Source: an uncultured Anaerolineaceae bacterium
GTDB lineage: Bacteria; Chloroflexota; Anaerolineae; Anaerolineales; UBA11579
Direction: 5' to 3'
Assembly: GCA_964623375.1 (NCBI GenBank)
Contig: CAZUTS010000004.1
Span: forward strand, 68,650-132,649
Length of the DNA stretch: 64,000 nucleotides
The position numbers were made by a program, and so were the translations under genes. The stretch's first letter is position 1; the number at the start of each line of letters is the position of its first letter. Positions 48,801-57,314 of this stretch are shown here, in pieces. The notes under the pieces are model-generated. The model saw nothing but the letters and a program-made list of their open reading frames with translations. It was not told the DNA's origin and did no database searches.

Positions 48801-50941
48801 CTGCTGCGCTCACTGCCGCCGAGAAAGCCTTCCGCCTGGACCTGAGCCACCAGCCGCTGCTGCAATTGGCCGCCGAAATGGCGCTGGCCACCTTGCAGCC
48901 AGAGCGAGCACGCGCTCTGCTCGCCGAAGCCAAGCTCATCTCGGCCCCCAGCGCTGAGCTGGCCTGCTTGCAGGCCGAGCTGGCGCTGGACAGCAACGAA
49001 GAGCTGGCCGCCGCCAAAGCGCTGGCGCCGGCGCTGGAGAGCGACGAACAGCACCCGCGCGTGCTGGCGCTGCAAGCGCAACTGGCGGCCCGCCGTGGTG
49101 ACCGCACCCAGGCCGAGCGTGACCTCACTCTGGCGATGGATAACAGCCAGATGCAGATCAACGAAGCGCAGGATGCCTTTACTTTCATTAGCATGGCGCG
49201 CGCTGCGCTGTCTTTGATGAACTACGATGCCGCGCTGCACTTGCTGCAGTTGGCAGTCAAGCTAGTGCCCGGCCAAGCCTTGGCGCAATTTGCCCTCGGC
49301 AAAGCCATCGTGCAGCGCGTCGAATGGCAGCAGCTGTGCGTTGCCAGCCAGGCGCTAGCGGCTGCGCCCGGTGTGGAAGCCACCAGCGCCGAGGCCTACG
49401 GCCAGGCCCGCGCCGCCCTGCAGGCTGCGCTGAGTACCACACAGCTAGCCGCAGCCCGCTCGCAGGTAGAACACTGGCTGGCCCGCGCCGCCCTGCGCTT
49501 CGGCCAGGCGGCGGATACCGCCAGCCTGCCCAACGGCTACCCCAGCAGTGCCGGCGATGCCGCCGCGCTGGTCTATGCCGCCCGCGTCAACGGCGATCTG
49601 CGCTCGGTGGAAGCCAACGCCAAGAGCTTCTGGCGTTCGCCCGAGGTGCTGGTGGAACGTTCCATCGCTTTTGGCCAGGCTGACCCGGCCAGTGCACTGA
49701 AGTGGATGCTGGGCGCGCTGGAACAAAACGCACACATTGCGCCGTACCACGCGCTGGCCGCACGCTTCGCCAAGGATGCGGGTCAAGTTCAGACCGCGCT
49801 CGATCACATTCGCCAGGCACTGGCGCTCTCGCCCATGCAGGCGCTGTGGCACAGCTTCGCTGGCAGACTGTTGCAACAGGCTGGCGCACTCACAGATGCC
49901 ATCGATTATTTGCAGCACGCCGTGGCGATGCAGCCCAACGAGGCTGAGCGACATTACGAGCTGGGTCAAGCCGAAATGGCCGCCGAGCAATATCCTTTTG
50001 CACAAAAATCATTTGCCCAAGCTGCGAAACTACAGCCTGGTGAAGCACGCTATACGCTGGCACTGGCCCAAGCCTACAAGCACAGCGGCGAGCTACAACA
50101 AGCCTATGCCACTGCCGTCAGTGCGCACCAACTGGCGCCCAGCATGAACGCCGCGCTGGTGTTGCAGGCTGAGATCGCCTTGCAGACCAGCGACACCGCA
50201 GATGCCAAGCGCTTGGCCGAAGACGCGCTGCGCCTGGCTCCGACAGACAGCAAGGCGCTCAACATATACGCGGAATGTCTACACGCCATCGGCGAGGTGG
50301 ACGATGCGCTGGCCGTGCTGGAGCGCTCTGAGCAGCACGCTCAGGACAAGCTGCCCATTCAGTTGCGCCGTGCCCAGTTGCTGCCCGCCGAGAAGGGCCT
50401 GAGCGAAGTGCTGCGCCTGAGCAAGGCCAACACAGAGCGCCCGGATGTGTACATGACGCTCTCCGAGATGCTGGCCAAGACTGGCGAAACCGAAGACGCT
50501 ATCCAGGCCGCCCAGCGTGCCGCCAAGAAAGCCGAGACGCTGCCGCTGCCGGAGCAGGCACGCCTGCACCTGCACCTGGGCAAGCTGCTCAAGCGCAGCG
50601 GCCAGTTGGACCAATCCTTGCATCATCTGGATGAAGCCGCTGCCCTGGCCCCGCATCTGAGCGAGGCGCACATCGAGCGCGGCCAGGTGTTCCTGAGCCG
50701 CCGCCAGTTCAAGCAGGCCATGCATGCCTTTGAGCTGGCCGCCGCGGCTGCCCCGCACAGCGCCCAGCCCCATCTCGAGGCGGCGCTGGCTTTGAAAGAA
50801 GTGAAAGACTACAACGCAGCTGAGGCTGCCCTGCGCAAAGCGGCGTTATTGGCGCCGCGTGAGCGCAATATCCAACGCCAACTGGCGGCGGTGATCGCCC
50901 TGAACCTGATCCACCAACCGCAGGAAGTGAGTGCGCTATGA
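45833..50941 (+). CDS. Giant tetratricopeptide (TPR) repeat protein, 1702 aa
   Basis: Uninterrupted 5.1-kb ORF with reiterated Ala/Leu-rich 34-aa-type helical hairpins (e.g. HALMGKALVAQGDANSAMEHLRRATELAPAQHEAW). No enzymatic motif seen. Confidence 0.88.
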   Translation: MSSFIADLKNSLPQNEWPLVVAALRNEPTLWAELQEAAFASLALKTAGSQRSAWSPAFLGLVRLGQQGLFEELRAELNETPEKLRYQAASAYELVATQGASAVNLEQATLLALALRERRRVLGNWEQLAQDLSVAPASFWKLTLSVLFGLLPQPGELLAALLAPSQDNELHKQGLHALVSNPLTLDEQNALLMHVLEAAPLAQFLAVLRQLAHMHLPLAQLAGGHALQKLEESTAADGDMNQIERLLLQAEIRQLSGQHDAATPLLQSAWNAAQRIQAELAGKLAENAAVNTDANFTGFAEPLAGAKSGSNRHPAALIAAARVALKSNQADEAQRMAAAALAAAQDSPVSENATLMRQLGEIFVELKLGEAARQAAELAVQHAPNDAESAAFLARVLAMGNDPERALQAAHLAAALAPQRVDLRRLLAKALQDNQQGAAAYSEWKAVLAQDEQPTLEDIFGLAQAALDADEISECLQACQRVLAVQVTHGGAHALMGKALVAQGDANSAMEHLRRATELAPAQHEAWIALAELLRDSGDLQAARDTLFNAQQFAKPSVELQYLLGDIYLALEEKEAALHAFTRATELLAELPSHPLSQPLALHLGTLQRSLGQANQARHTLERAAQQFAGNAAIQHQLGQLLLDVGEADEALAALSTALQSEPDNSAALLDMAQAQLLTAAAADAEGTLRAALQHGGASPRATALLAEALAAQSKFAEAVHEYEAALRSELAQDATWHKRLTLGKALALAKQGAHEEALSILEALDASAPGDPDTLHALCMAYNQAGRSEEAFQIASKVYMTGTKDEEAVLWFAEQAESLGKASEARHALQKGISEHGSAAQILRLAELEWKDGAHEKAVDTLAALLRSVNSHALAKAGRFLLEHGAAATSVSYFKRAIELESQPALLDVLTEAYEHSQQWNEALATLDKSLANEPGQASLLARKARILQAAGRPQAALEALEQAIERMPDDLGLLANKARLLRAAGEWAAALTAAEKAFRLDLSHQPLLQLAAEMALATLQPERARALLAEAKLISAPSAELACLQAELALDSNEELAAAKALAPALESDEQHPRVLALQAQLAARRGDRTQAERDLTLAMDNSQMQINEAQDAFTFISMARAALSLMNYDAALHLLQLAVKLVPGQALAQFALGKAIVQRVEWQQLCVASQALAAAPGVEATSAEAYGQARAALQAALSTTQLAAARSQVEHWLARAALRFGQAADTASLPNGYPSSAGDAAALVYAARVNGDLRSVEANAKSFWRSPEVLVERSIAFGQADPASALKWMLGALEQNAHIAPYHALAARFAKDAGQVQTALDHIRQALALSPMQALWHSFAGRLLQQAGALTDAIDYLQHAVAMQPNEAERHYELGQAEMAAEQYPFAQKSFAQAAKLQPGEARYTLALAQAYKHSGELQQAYATAVSAHQLAPSMNAALVLQAEIALQTSDTADAKRLAEDALRLAPTDSKALNIYAECLHAIGEVDDALAVLERSEQHAQDKLPIQLRRAQLLPAEKGLSEVLRLSKANTERPDVYMTLSEMLAKTGETEDAIQAAQRAAKKAETLPLPEQARLHLHLGKLLKRSGQLDQSLHHLDEAAALAPHLSEAHIERGQVFLSRRQFKQAMHAFELAAAAAPHSAQPHLEAALALKEVKDYNAAEAALRKAALLAPRERNIQRQLAAVIALNLIHQPQEVSAL

Positions 50942-53895
50942 ACCAAGACATGAAGACACTGATCAATGCCGGCAAACCGGTAGTCCGTGCCACGGTGCTG
51001 ACCCTGCTGCAAGTAGGGCTCAACGCCGGCGAGATGCGCTTTGTGCGCCAAGTGGCCGAGGATTGGCTGAACGCTTATCCGTATGACCTGCACGTCGAGC
51101 TGCTACGCGCCCAGGCGCTCATCAAAGAAGGCAAACAGGATGTCGCCTTCAAGGTGCTGCGCCGCCTGTGCGAGCTGGACCCGCAGTTTGTTGAGGCGCA
51201 GGAGCAGTTGGCCAAGCTGGCGCGCCGCGTCAAGCCGGCCCACGCCGAGGCCGCCCGCGCCGCTGCCGTTGTGCTGCGCATGCCCTTCGAAGTGCCCGGC
51301 GACATTCAGCCGTGGGCACAGAGCCTGCTGCGTGCCCACCATGCCTTCAAGCTGGGCGACCTGGAGCAGGCCGAGTTGCACGTGCAAGCTGCGTTGCTGG
51401 CCGAGCCGCCCTCCCCCCTGCCCGCCCTGTTGCACATTCAAATCGCGCGCGCGCAGGGCCTCAGCTGGCTGGCAGTGGAGAACCTGGTGGAACTGTATAG
51501 CGGCACCTGGCCGCACTGCTTGCAGCTACGCTTGCTGCACGCCAACTTCCTCATCGAAAGTGGCCAAGAGAACGCCGCCGTGGATGTATTGCACGACTGC
51601 GCCGCCGAAGATGTCAGCGGCCAGGTGGCCCACCGCGTGTGGGGCGCTAATCATCGCTTCACCGCGCTGTGGCCGGCTAGCCTGCAACAAGCCATCAACA
51701 CGCCCATCCCGGCCAATGTGGCCGCCGAGCTGGGCTGGAACCAGATCGATACCCTCACGCTGCCCGCCCTGGCTGGCAAGGCGCTGAGTGCAGCCGATGT
51801 GCTCGAAAGCGTGCACACACCGATGCTGGACGCAGCCGCCTTCGGCACACGCGAAGTCAAGAAAGACTTTGCCAAGGGCATCAAAGACAACGTTGTTCAG
51901 TTGAGCGAAGAAGCCCACCAGCCCATGCTGGATGGCAAGGCGCTCAAGTCTCGCAAGGTGAAAGAGCAATTCTCAAAAGCCATCGAAGGCGATGAACTGT
52001 TTAGTGCTGTGGGAGATGCCCGCCAGGTTTTTAGCTCTGGGGTAGATGCTACTACTGGGGAAGATTTTGAGTCGTCTGCTCCTGATGTTGCTGTTTCCGA
52101 CTTCGGGATCGATGCCGTAGCTACACACAACATTGAGCTGCCTACCCCGCATGCTGTTGAGCCTGATGTGGAGAGTAGAAATGCGTCAGACGAGCAAATC
52201 AACGAAGCGCTACATCACGCGCTCTCGTCTTTACCGGAAACCCTGATCGACCTCGAAGAGGTCAATACGGCCACGGCGGAATCGTTGCGCCTGCGCGCCG
52301 ATGGCCGTTATCCAGCCTACATTCTGTTGAGCTCCAAAGAGAACCTGCTCAACCAATACGGCCAGGCCGGTTTTGACAGCATTCATGCCAGCCTGCGCGG
52401 TGTGGCTACCGCCACGGATGCACTGCCCAAATGGGGCGCCTATGTCATCTACGTAGATGACATAGCCTGCATGTCTGCCTTCGGCCTGAAGGCAGTCAAC
52501 GCCAATGACCCGTGGGCCATCAAACATCTACTGGCTGACCTGGACGAAGCGCTGCGCCAGAATGGCGAAATGATCGGCTCGCTGCTCATCATCGGCGGCC
52601 CCAAGATCGTACCCTTCCATCATTTGCCCAACCCAGTAGATGACGACGATAAGGATGTGCCTTCGGATAATCCCTACGCCAGCCTGGACGAAAATTACTT
52701 TGTGCCCACCTGGCCGGCCGGCCGCCTGCCCACCGGCACCGAAAAAGATCCTTCCTCGCTGCTCAAGGTGCTGAACCGCATCGAGGCCAGCCGTGAGACA
52801 GTTGTCGAGCAGCGTGACCCGCTGCGCCAGCTCATCGTACGCTTGCTGATGATGTTCGGCCTGTGGAAGCCCAAGCGCAGCAGCTTTGGCTACACCGCCC
52901 AGGTCTGGCAGCGTGCCTCGCACTCGGTCTACCGCACCATCGGCGAACCGAACCGCCTCAGCCTGAGCCCGCCCACCGAGACTGGCAAGCTGCCCAAAGA
53001 GGCCAGCAAGGCGCTGCAGGTGGCCTACTTCAACCTGCACGGCGTGGAAGATGGCGCGGATTGGTACGGGCAGCGTGACCCGCTGCTCACCCCCAGCGGG
53101 CCAGACTACCCGATTGCACTCCGCCCCAGCGATGTGGTCAACCACGGCCGCGCCCCGCAGGTGGTGTTCAGCGAAGCCTGCTTTGGCGCTAACGTGTTCA
53201 ACAAAACAGTCGACAATGCACTGGCGCTGAAGTTCCTCGACTCGGGCAGCAAGGCCGTGGTCGGCTCGACGGTGACCTCGTACGGCGCGGTATCCACGCC
53301 GCTCATCGCCGCCGACCTACTGGGCCAAACCTTCTGGCGTTTGCTGAACGAAGGCCACCCAGTGGGCGAAGCGTTGCGCCGCGCCAAGATCGCCATGGCG
53401 CAGACCATGCACCGCCGCCAGGGCTACCTGGATGGCGAGGACCAGAAGACGCTGATCTCGTTCATTCTGTATGGCGACCCGCTGGCGCAGGTCAGCACAG
53501 ACGCCTCGCTGCCCAAGCGCATCCTGCGTGCTGAGAGCAGCGAGATGAATACAGTGTGCGACCTGCCAGATGCGTATGGCCTGGGTGACAACATCCCCAT
53601 GGAAGCGTTGCCTGAGGAGACGCTGGCTACGGTGAAAGCAGTCGTGAAGGAATACTTGCCGGGCATGCAGGACAGCGAAGTGAGCGTGAGCCACGAGCAC
53701 ACCAACTGCCAAAATCACAACTGCCCGCTGCCCCACCCCCACAATACGGGAGCCAAGCGCACTATCCTGGCGCCCAGCCGCAGCCTGGTAACGCTGAGCA
53801 AGAAAGTGCCGGGGCTAGGCCGCATTCACCCGCAATATGCGCGCATTACGATGGACGCACAGGGCAAGGTAGTCAAGCTGGCGGTGAGTAGATAG
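50938..53895 (+). CDS. TPR-like N-terminal region, acidic linker, C-terminal clan-CD cysteine peptidase-like (gingipain/C25-type) domain
   Basis: ATGA overlap with the TPR gene. Motif order LLIIGGPKIVP, SDNPYASLD, PAGRLP, YFNLHG (His701), VVFSEACFGAN (Cys748), GSKAVVGST, LYGDP. The family call is by pattern recognition only. Confidence 0.8.
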   Translation: MNQDMKTLINAGKPVVRATVLTLLQVGLNAGEMRFVRQVAEDWLNAYPYDLHVELLRAQALIKEGKQDVAFKVLRRLCELDPQFVEAQEQLAKLARRVKPAHAEAARAAAVVLRMPFEVPGDIQPWAQSLLRAHHAFKLGDLEQAELHVQAALLAEPPSPLPALLHIQIARAQGLSWLAVENLVELYSGTWPHCLQLRLLHANFLIESGQENAAVDVLHDCAAEDVSGQVAHRVWGANHRFTALWPASLQQAINTPIPANVAAELGWNQIDTLTLPALAGKALSAADVLESVHTPMLDAAAFGTREVKKDFAKGIKDNVVQLSEEAHQPMLDGKALKSRKVKEQFSKAIEGDELFSAVGDARQVFSSGVDATTGEDFESSAPDVAVSDFGIDAVATHNIELPTPHAVEPDVESRNASDEQINEALHHALSSLPETLIDLEEVNTATAESLRLRADGRYPAYILLSSKENLLNQYGQAGFDSIHASLRGVATATDALPKWGAYVIYVDDIACMSAFGLKAVNANDPWAIKHLLADLDEALRQNGEMIGSLLIIGGPKIVPFHHLPNPVDDDDKDVPSDNPYASLDENYFVPTWPAGRLPTGTEKDPSSLLKVLNRIEASRETVVEQRDPLRQLIVRLLMMFGLWKPKRSSFGYTAQVWQRASHSVYRTIGEPNRLSLSPPTETGKLPKEASKALQVAYFNLHGVEDGADWYGQRDPLLTPSGPDYPIALRPSDVVNHGRAPQVVFSEACFGANVFNKTVDNALALKFLDSGSKAVVGSTVTSYGAVSTPLIAADLLGQTFWRLLNEGHPVGEALRRAKIAMAQTMHRRQGYLDGEDQKTLISFILYGDPLAQVSTDASLPKRILRAESSEMNTVCDLPDAYGLGDNIPMEALPEETLATVKAVVKEYLPGMQDSEVSVSHEHTNCQNHNCPLPHPHNTGAKRTILAPSRSLVTLSKKVPGLGRIHPQYARITMDAQGKVVKLAVSR

Positions 53896-53931
53896 AAATC
53901 TGAGATTAGAGATTCCAAACAAACATAAACC

Positions 53932-54029
53932 GTCAAAGCCGAGGAATCCTTAGGTCAAGGACAACCAAGATAAATTTGCAATCCCTTAAAGGATTCCTCC
54001 TCGCGGCTGCGCCGCTCGTTCGGAGTGAC
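53932..54029. repeat. Family-A palindromic element, degenerate complete copy
   Basis: GTCAAAGCCGAGGAATCCTTAGG ... CCTTAAAGGATTCCTCC...TCGGAGTGAC. Confidence 0.75.
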
Positions 54030-54093
54030 AAACCGCAGCCAGCGGCAAGCAACTGTCAACTGTGAACTGTCGACTGTCTAGTAAAATCGACCC

Positions 54094-54546
54094 ATGGCCG
54101 AGAAGGTAGTTGCCCGTAACCGCAAAGCCAGCCACGATTTCTTTTTGCAGGAGAAATACGAGGCTGGCTTGGCCCTGTTGGGCAGCGAGATCAAGTCCAT
54201 CCGTGCTGGGCAGGTTAGCCTGAAGGAAGCCTATGTGCGCACCAACGGGCGCGAGGCGTTCCTGGTCAACGCGCACATCGCCCCTTACAACCAGGCTGGC
54301 AAAGCCGGACACGAGCCACGCCGGGATCGCAAGCTGCTGCTGCACGCCAAGGAAATTGCCGAGCTGCACGAAGAGGTCAAGCGCAACGGCAGCACCATCG
54401 TGCCGTTGCAGATCTATATGAAGAACGGCCGTGCCAAGCTAGAGATCTCGGTGGCCAAGGGGAAGAAGAAGTGGGACAAACGCCAGGACATTGCCAAGCG
54501 TGACGCCGAGCGCGAGATGTCCCGCGCCATGAAGAATCGTGACTAG
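54094..54546 (+). CDS. smpB: SsrA-binding protein
   Basis: VARNRKASHDFFL...GSEIKSIR N-terminus and a basic C-terminal tail. Confidence 0.93.
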   Translation: MAEKVVARNRKASHDFFLQEKYEAGLALLGSEIKSIRAGQVSLKEAYVRTNGREAFLVNAHIAPYNQAGKAGHEPRRDRKLLLHAKEIAELHEEVKRNGSTIVPLQIYMKNGRAKLEISVAKGKKKWDKRQDIAKRDAEREMSRAMKNRD

Positions 54547-54559
54547 CCCAAGGGAGCCC

Positions 54560-56137
54560 ATGGCCAACACCCGTATCGAAATTGACGGCGAGCATCTTAG
54601 CCTGCACGATGTCGTGCAGGTGGCCCGCGGCGAGGCGCAGGTGCACGACATCGTGCACCTGCGCCTCGCCGCAACTGCCCGCCAGCGCGTGACCCAATCG
54701 CAAGCCTGGGTGGAAGATATTATCCAGCGCGGCAAGCCTGTCTACGGCATCAACACCGGCTTCGGCATCTTTGCAGACAAGCAAATCTCGCCCGAAGACG
54801 CCCGTACCCTCAATCGCAATCTCATCCTCAGCCATGCCACCGCCACCGGGCCAGAGCTGCCCGCTGAGGTGGTGCGCGCCGCCATGCTCATCCGTGCCAA
54901 CACGCTGGCCGCCGGGCATTCGGGGGCGCGCCCCGAACTTATCGAAACGCTGCTGGCGATGCTGAATCAGGGTGTCACGCCAATCATTCCCTCACAAGGC
55001 TCGCTGGGTTCGTCTGGCGACTTGGCGCCGCTGGCGCAACTGGCGCTGGTGATGAGCACAGACGCTGCTGACCGCGAACAAGATTCGGGCTGGGCGGTAT
55101 TCAACGGGCAGCGCATGAGCGGCAAAGCCGCCATGGCTGCCGCAGGCATCCCGCGGCTGGTGCTCGGCCCGAAGGAAGGGCTGGCGATCACCAATGGGGC
55201 CACCTTCTCGGCAGCGCTGGGCGCGCTGACGCTGGTGCTGGCCGAAGACCTGCTGGCTGGCTGCACCCTCGCGGCGGCCATGTCGCTGGAGGCAATGCAG
55301 GGCGCCTCTGCCGCGCTGGACGCGCGGCTGCACGCGGCGCGCAAGCAGCCCGGCCAGATGGCCGTGGCCGAGCGCATGCGCGCCATCACTGAAGGCAGCA
55401 CCCTTCTGAATACGGCGGGCCGCGTGCAGGATGTGTATTCGCTGCGCTGCGCCCCGCAGATCCTTGGCCCTGCGTATGACGCGCTGGCCTACGTGTGCGG
55501 CGTCATCGAGCGCGAGATCAACGCCGCCACGGACAACCCGCTACTCTTCGATGGACACAACGGCGAAGCCGTAAGCATCTCGGGCGGCAATTTCCATGGC
55601 GAGCCTGTGGGCATGGCGCTCGATTTTCTCAAGATCGCTCTGAGCGAAGTGGCCGCCGTCTCCGAGCGGCGCAGCTTCCTCTTGCTGGACAGCAAAATGA
55701 GCGGCGGATTGCCCGCCATGCTGGTAGCCAACGAGGCCGCCGCCGGCTTGAACTCCGGCATGATGATGCTGCAATACACCGCCGCCTCGCTGGTGCTCGA
55801 GAACCAAACGCTGGCTGCGCCGGATTCGGTGCGCTCGCTGCCCACCAGCGCCGGACAGGAGGACCACAACGCCAATGCCATGACGGCGGCGCGCCATGCC
55901 TGGCAGATCGCCCACAACTGCGCGCACGTGCTGGCCGTGGAGCTCACCCTGGCGGCGCGTGCGTTGGATCTGCGCCTGGCGCAGCGGCCTGGGGCGCAGC
56001 CGGGCCAGGGTACTGCTGCGGCGCTGGCCGCCATCCGCCAGCAGGTGCCCTTTGAGGCCGGCGATGCGCTATGGGCGCCAAGCGTGGAGCATATCAAAGC
56101 CATGGTGGTAGCTGGCGAGCTGAGCCGCAGCGTATGA
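54560..56137 (+). CDS. hutH: Histidine ammonia-lyase (MIO-dependent aromatic amino acid lyase family)
   Basis: YGINTGFG. MIO-forming loop GSLGSSGDLAPLA (Ser-Ser-Gly at 55010-55018 where Ala-Ser-Gly is canonical). Selectivity pair LSHA (Ser-His, HAL-type). AGGGAG SD before ATG 54560. Confidence 0.88.
   Translation: MANTRIEIDGEHLSLHDVVQVARGEAQVHDIVHLRLAATARQRVTQSQAWVEDIIQRGKPVYGINTGFGIFADKQISPEDARTLNRNLILSHATATGPELPAEVVRAAMLIRANTLAAGHSGARPELIETLLAMLNQGVTPIIPSQGSLGSSGDLAPLAQLALVMSTDAADREQDSGWAVFNGQRMSGKAAMAAAGIPRLVLGPKEGLAITNGATFSAALGALTLVLAEDLLAGCTLAAAMSLEAMQGASAALDARLHAARKQPGQMAVAERMRAITEGSTLLNTAGRVQDVYSLRCAPQILGPAYDALAYVCGVIEREINAATDNPLLFDGHNGEAVSISGGNFHGEPVGMALDFLKIALSEVAAVSERRSFLLLDSKMSGGLPAMLVANEAAAGLNSGMMMLQYTAASLVLENQTLAAPDSVRSLPTSAGQEDHNANAMTAARHAWQIAHNCAHVLAVELTLAARALDLRLAQRPGAQPGQGTAAALAAIRQQVPFEAGDALWAPSVEHIKAMVVAGELSRSV
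54603..54657. repeat. Two mutually reverse-complementary 16-nt near-palindromes inside the hutH 5' coding region
   Basis: TGCACGATGTCGTGCA (54603-54618) and TGCACGACATCGTGCA (54642-54657) are exact reverse complements. They encode HDVV and HDIV. Confidence 0.9.
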
Positions 56138-56664
56138 AGTACGCCCGCCTTCTCGATAAGCTTAGCTCTATATTCTTTCTCTTTCTGTGGGTGCCTATCA
56201 CTTGCATCATGGTTGGCCGTATTGGCGAGATGTTTGGCGAACCCGGCCTGCGCTTCGCAGCGCAGGTGAATAGACTGCTGCCTGGTCTATTGAGCACCAG
56301 CCCTGAGGGCGGCTCAGTGCTCAGCACGGTGGCCACCACGCTCACGATTACCCTTGCGATCTTGGCCATTGCTTTATTGTTTGGCGCAACAATGCTGGCT
56401 GGTTTGCTCAACCAGCGCTTACGCAAGCGCGGTCTACCCGCACAAGCCAGTATCTTAAGCATCGAGGGCACGGGGACAACGATCAACAACAGCCCCGTCG
56501 TGCGCTTCATGCTCGAAGTCAAGCCAAAAGACGGCTCGCCATTCTTTGCCGAGGCCGAACAACTGGTGCGGCGCGCAGAGTTAGCCGGCTACAAAGCAGG
56601 CGACACGGTTTCCGTCTTTTACAGCCCGGAAACACTCGAAGTTGCGCTGGCACACAAGCGCTGA
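56134..56664 (+). CDS. Membrane protein, paralog 1 (DUF3592-like C-terminal domain, tentative)
   Basis: ATGA overlap with the hutH stop (56134-56137). Shares EMFGEPG, PGL, GSPF.(A/T)EAE.L and VSV.Y.PETL blocks with the next ORF. Confidence 0.7.
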   Translation: MKYARLLDKLSSIFFLFLWVPITCIMVGRIGEMFGEPGLRFAAQVNRLLPGLLSTSPEGGSVLSTVATTLTITLAILAIALLFGATMLAGLLNQRLRKRGLPAQASILSIEGTGTTINNSPVVRFMLEVKPKDGSPFFAEAEQLVRRAELAGYKAGDTVSVFYSPETLEVALAHKR

Positions 56665-56720
56665 TACTTTTGCATGCAATTGTGCTTGCATACCGCGTGA
56701 CCCGCTATAAAATTCAACCT

Positions 56721-57248
56721 GTGAAAACCGCCCAAACACTCCACAGAATTGGCAGACGGATATTCCTCTTCATGTGGATACCTTTTGTGTGCGTCTTTGC
56801 AGACATGGCCTCAGAGATGTTCGGCGAGCCTGGTAGGCAGTTTGCCAACTGGGTGAATGGCTTCGTTCCCGGCCTGATGGACGTAGGCAGCTCTGGTCTC
56901 TCGCTTTTGAGCAACGTTGCCGTTATCACCACCTTCGTCATGATGGTGCTGGCTATGCTACTTATCGTGGCTAGCCCTGTAATGGTGAGCAGCATCAACA
57001 CTCGCTTGCAAGCCACCGGCACAGCCGCCACAGCCAAGGTGGTGAGCTTGTCACAGACCGGCACCTACATCAATCGCAATCCGATGGTGCACATGGTGCT
57101 GGAAGTGCACCCCCCGCACGGCAGCCCTTTCTACACTGAAGCGGAGCGCCTGACCACCCTTGTAGACCTGCCGCGCTTGCAACCCGGCGCCAGCGTCTCG
57201 GTGCGCTACGACCCAGAGACCCTGGATGCAGCCATTGTCGACCTCTAG
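56721..57248 (+). CDS. Membrane protein, paralog 2
   Basis: Clear paralog of 56134-56664. GTG 56721 is chosen by alignment of the two N-termini; the track start is TTG 56670. Confidence 0.65.
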   Translation: MKTAQTLHRIGRRIFLFMWIPFVCVFADMASEMFGEPGRQFANWVNGFVPGLMDVGSSGLSLLSNVAVITTFVMMVLAMLLIVASPVMVSSINTRLQATGTAATAKVVSLSQTGTYINRNPMVHMVLEVHPPHGSPFYTEAERLTTLVDLPRLQPGASVSVRYDPETLDAAIVDL

Positions 57249-57314
57249 CCCACTTGCCTTTCTGCCCGGAATGTTGATAAAATAGACAAGCATCTCTACG
57301 AAAAAGGAGCTTTC

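Noticed and set aside
53896-54093. A tmRNA (ssrA) gene next to smpB.
   Set aside because: The region is occupied by a family-A repeat copy. No tRNA-like acceptor/T-arm or tag-reading-frame features are visible.
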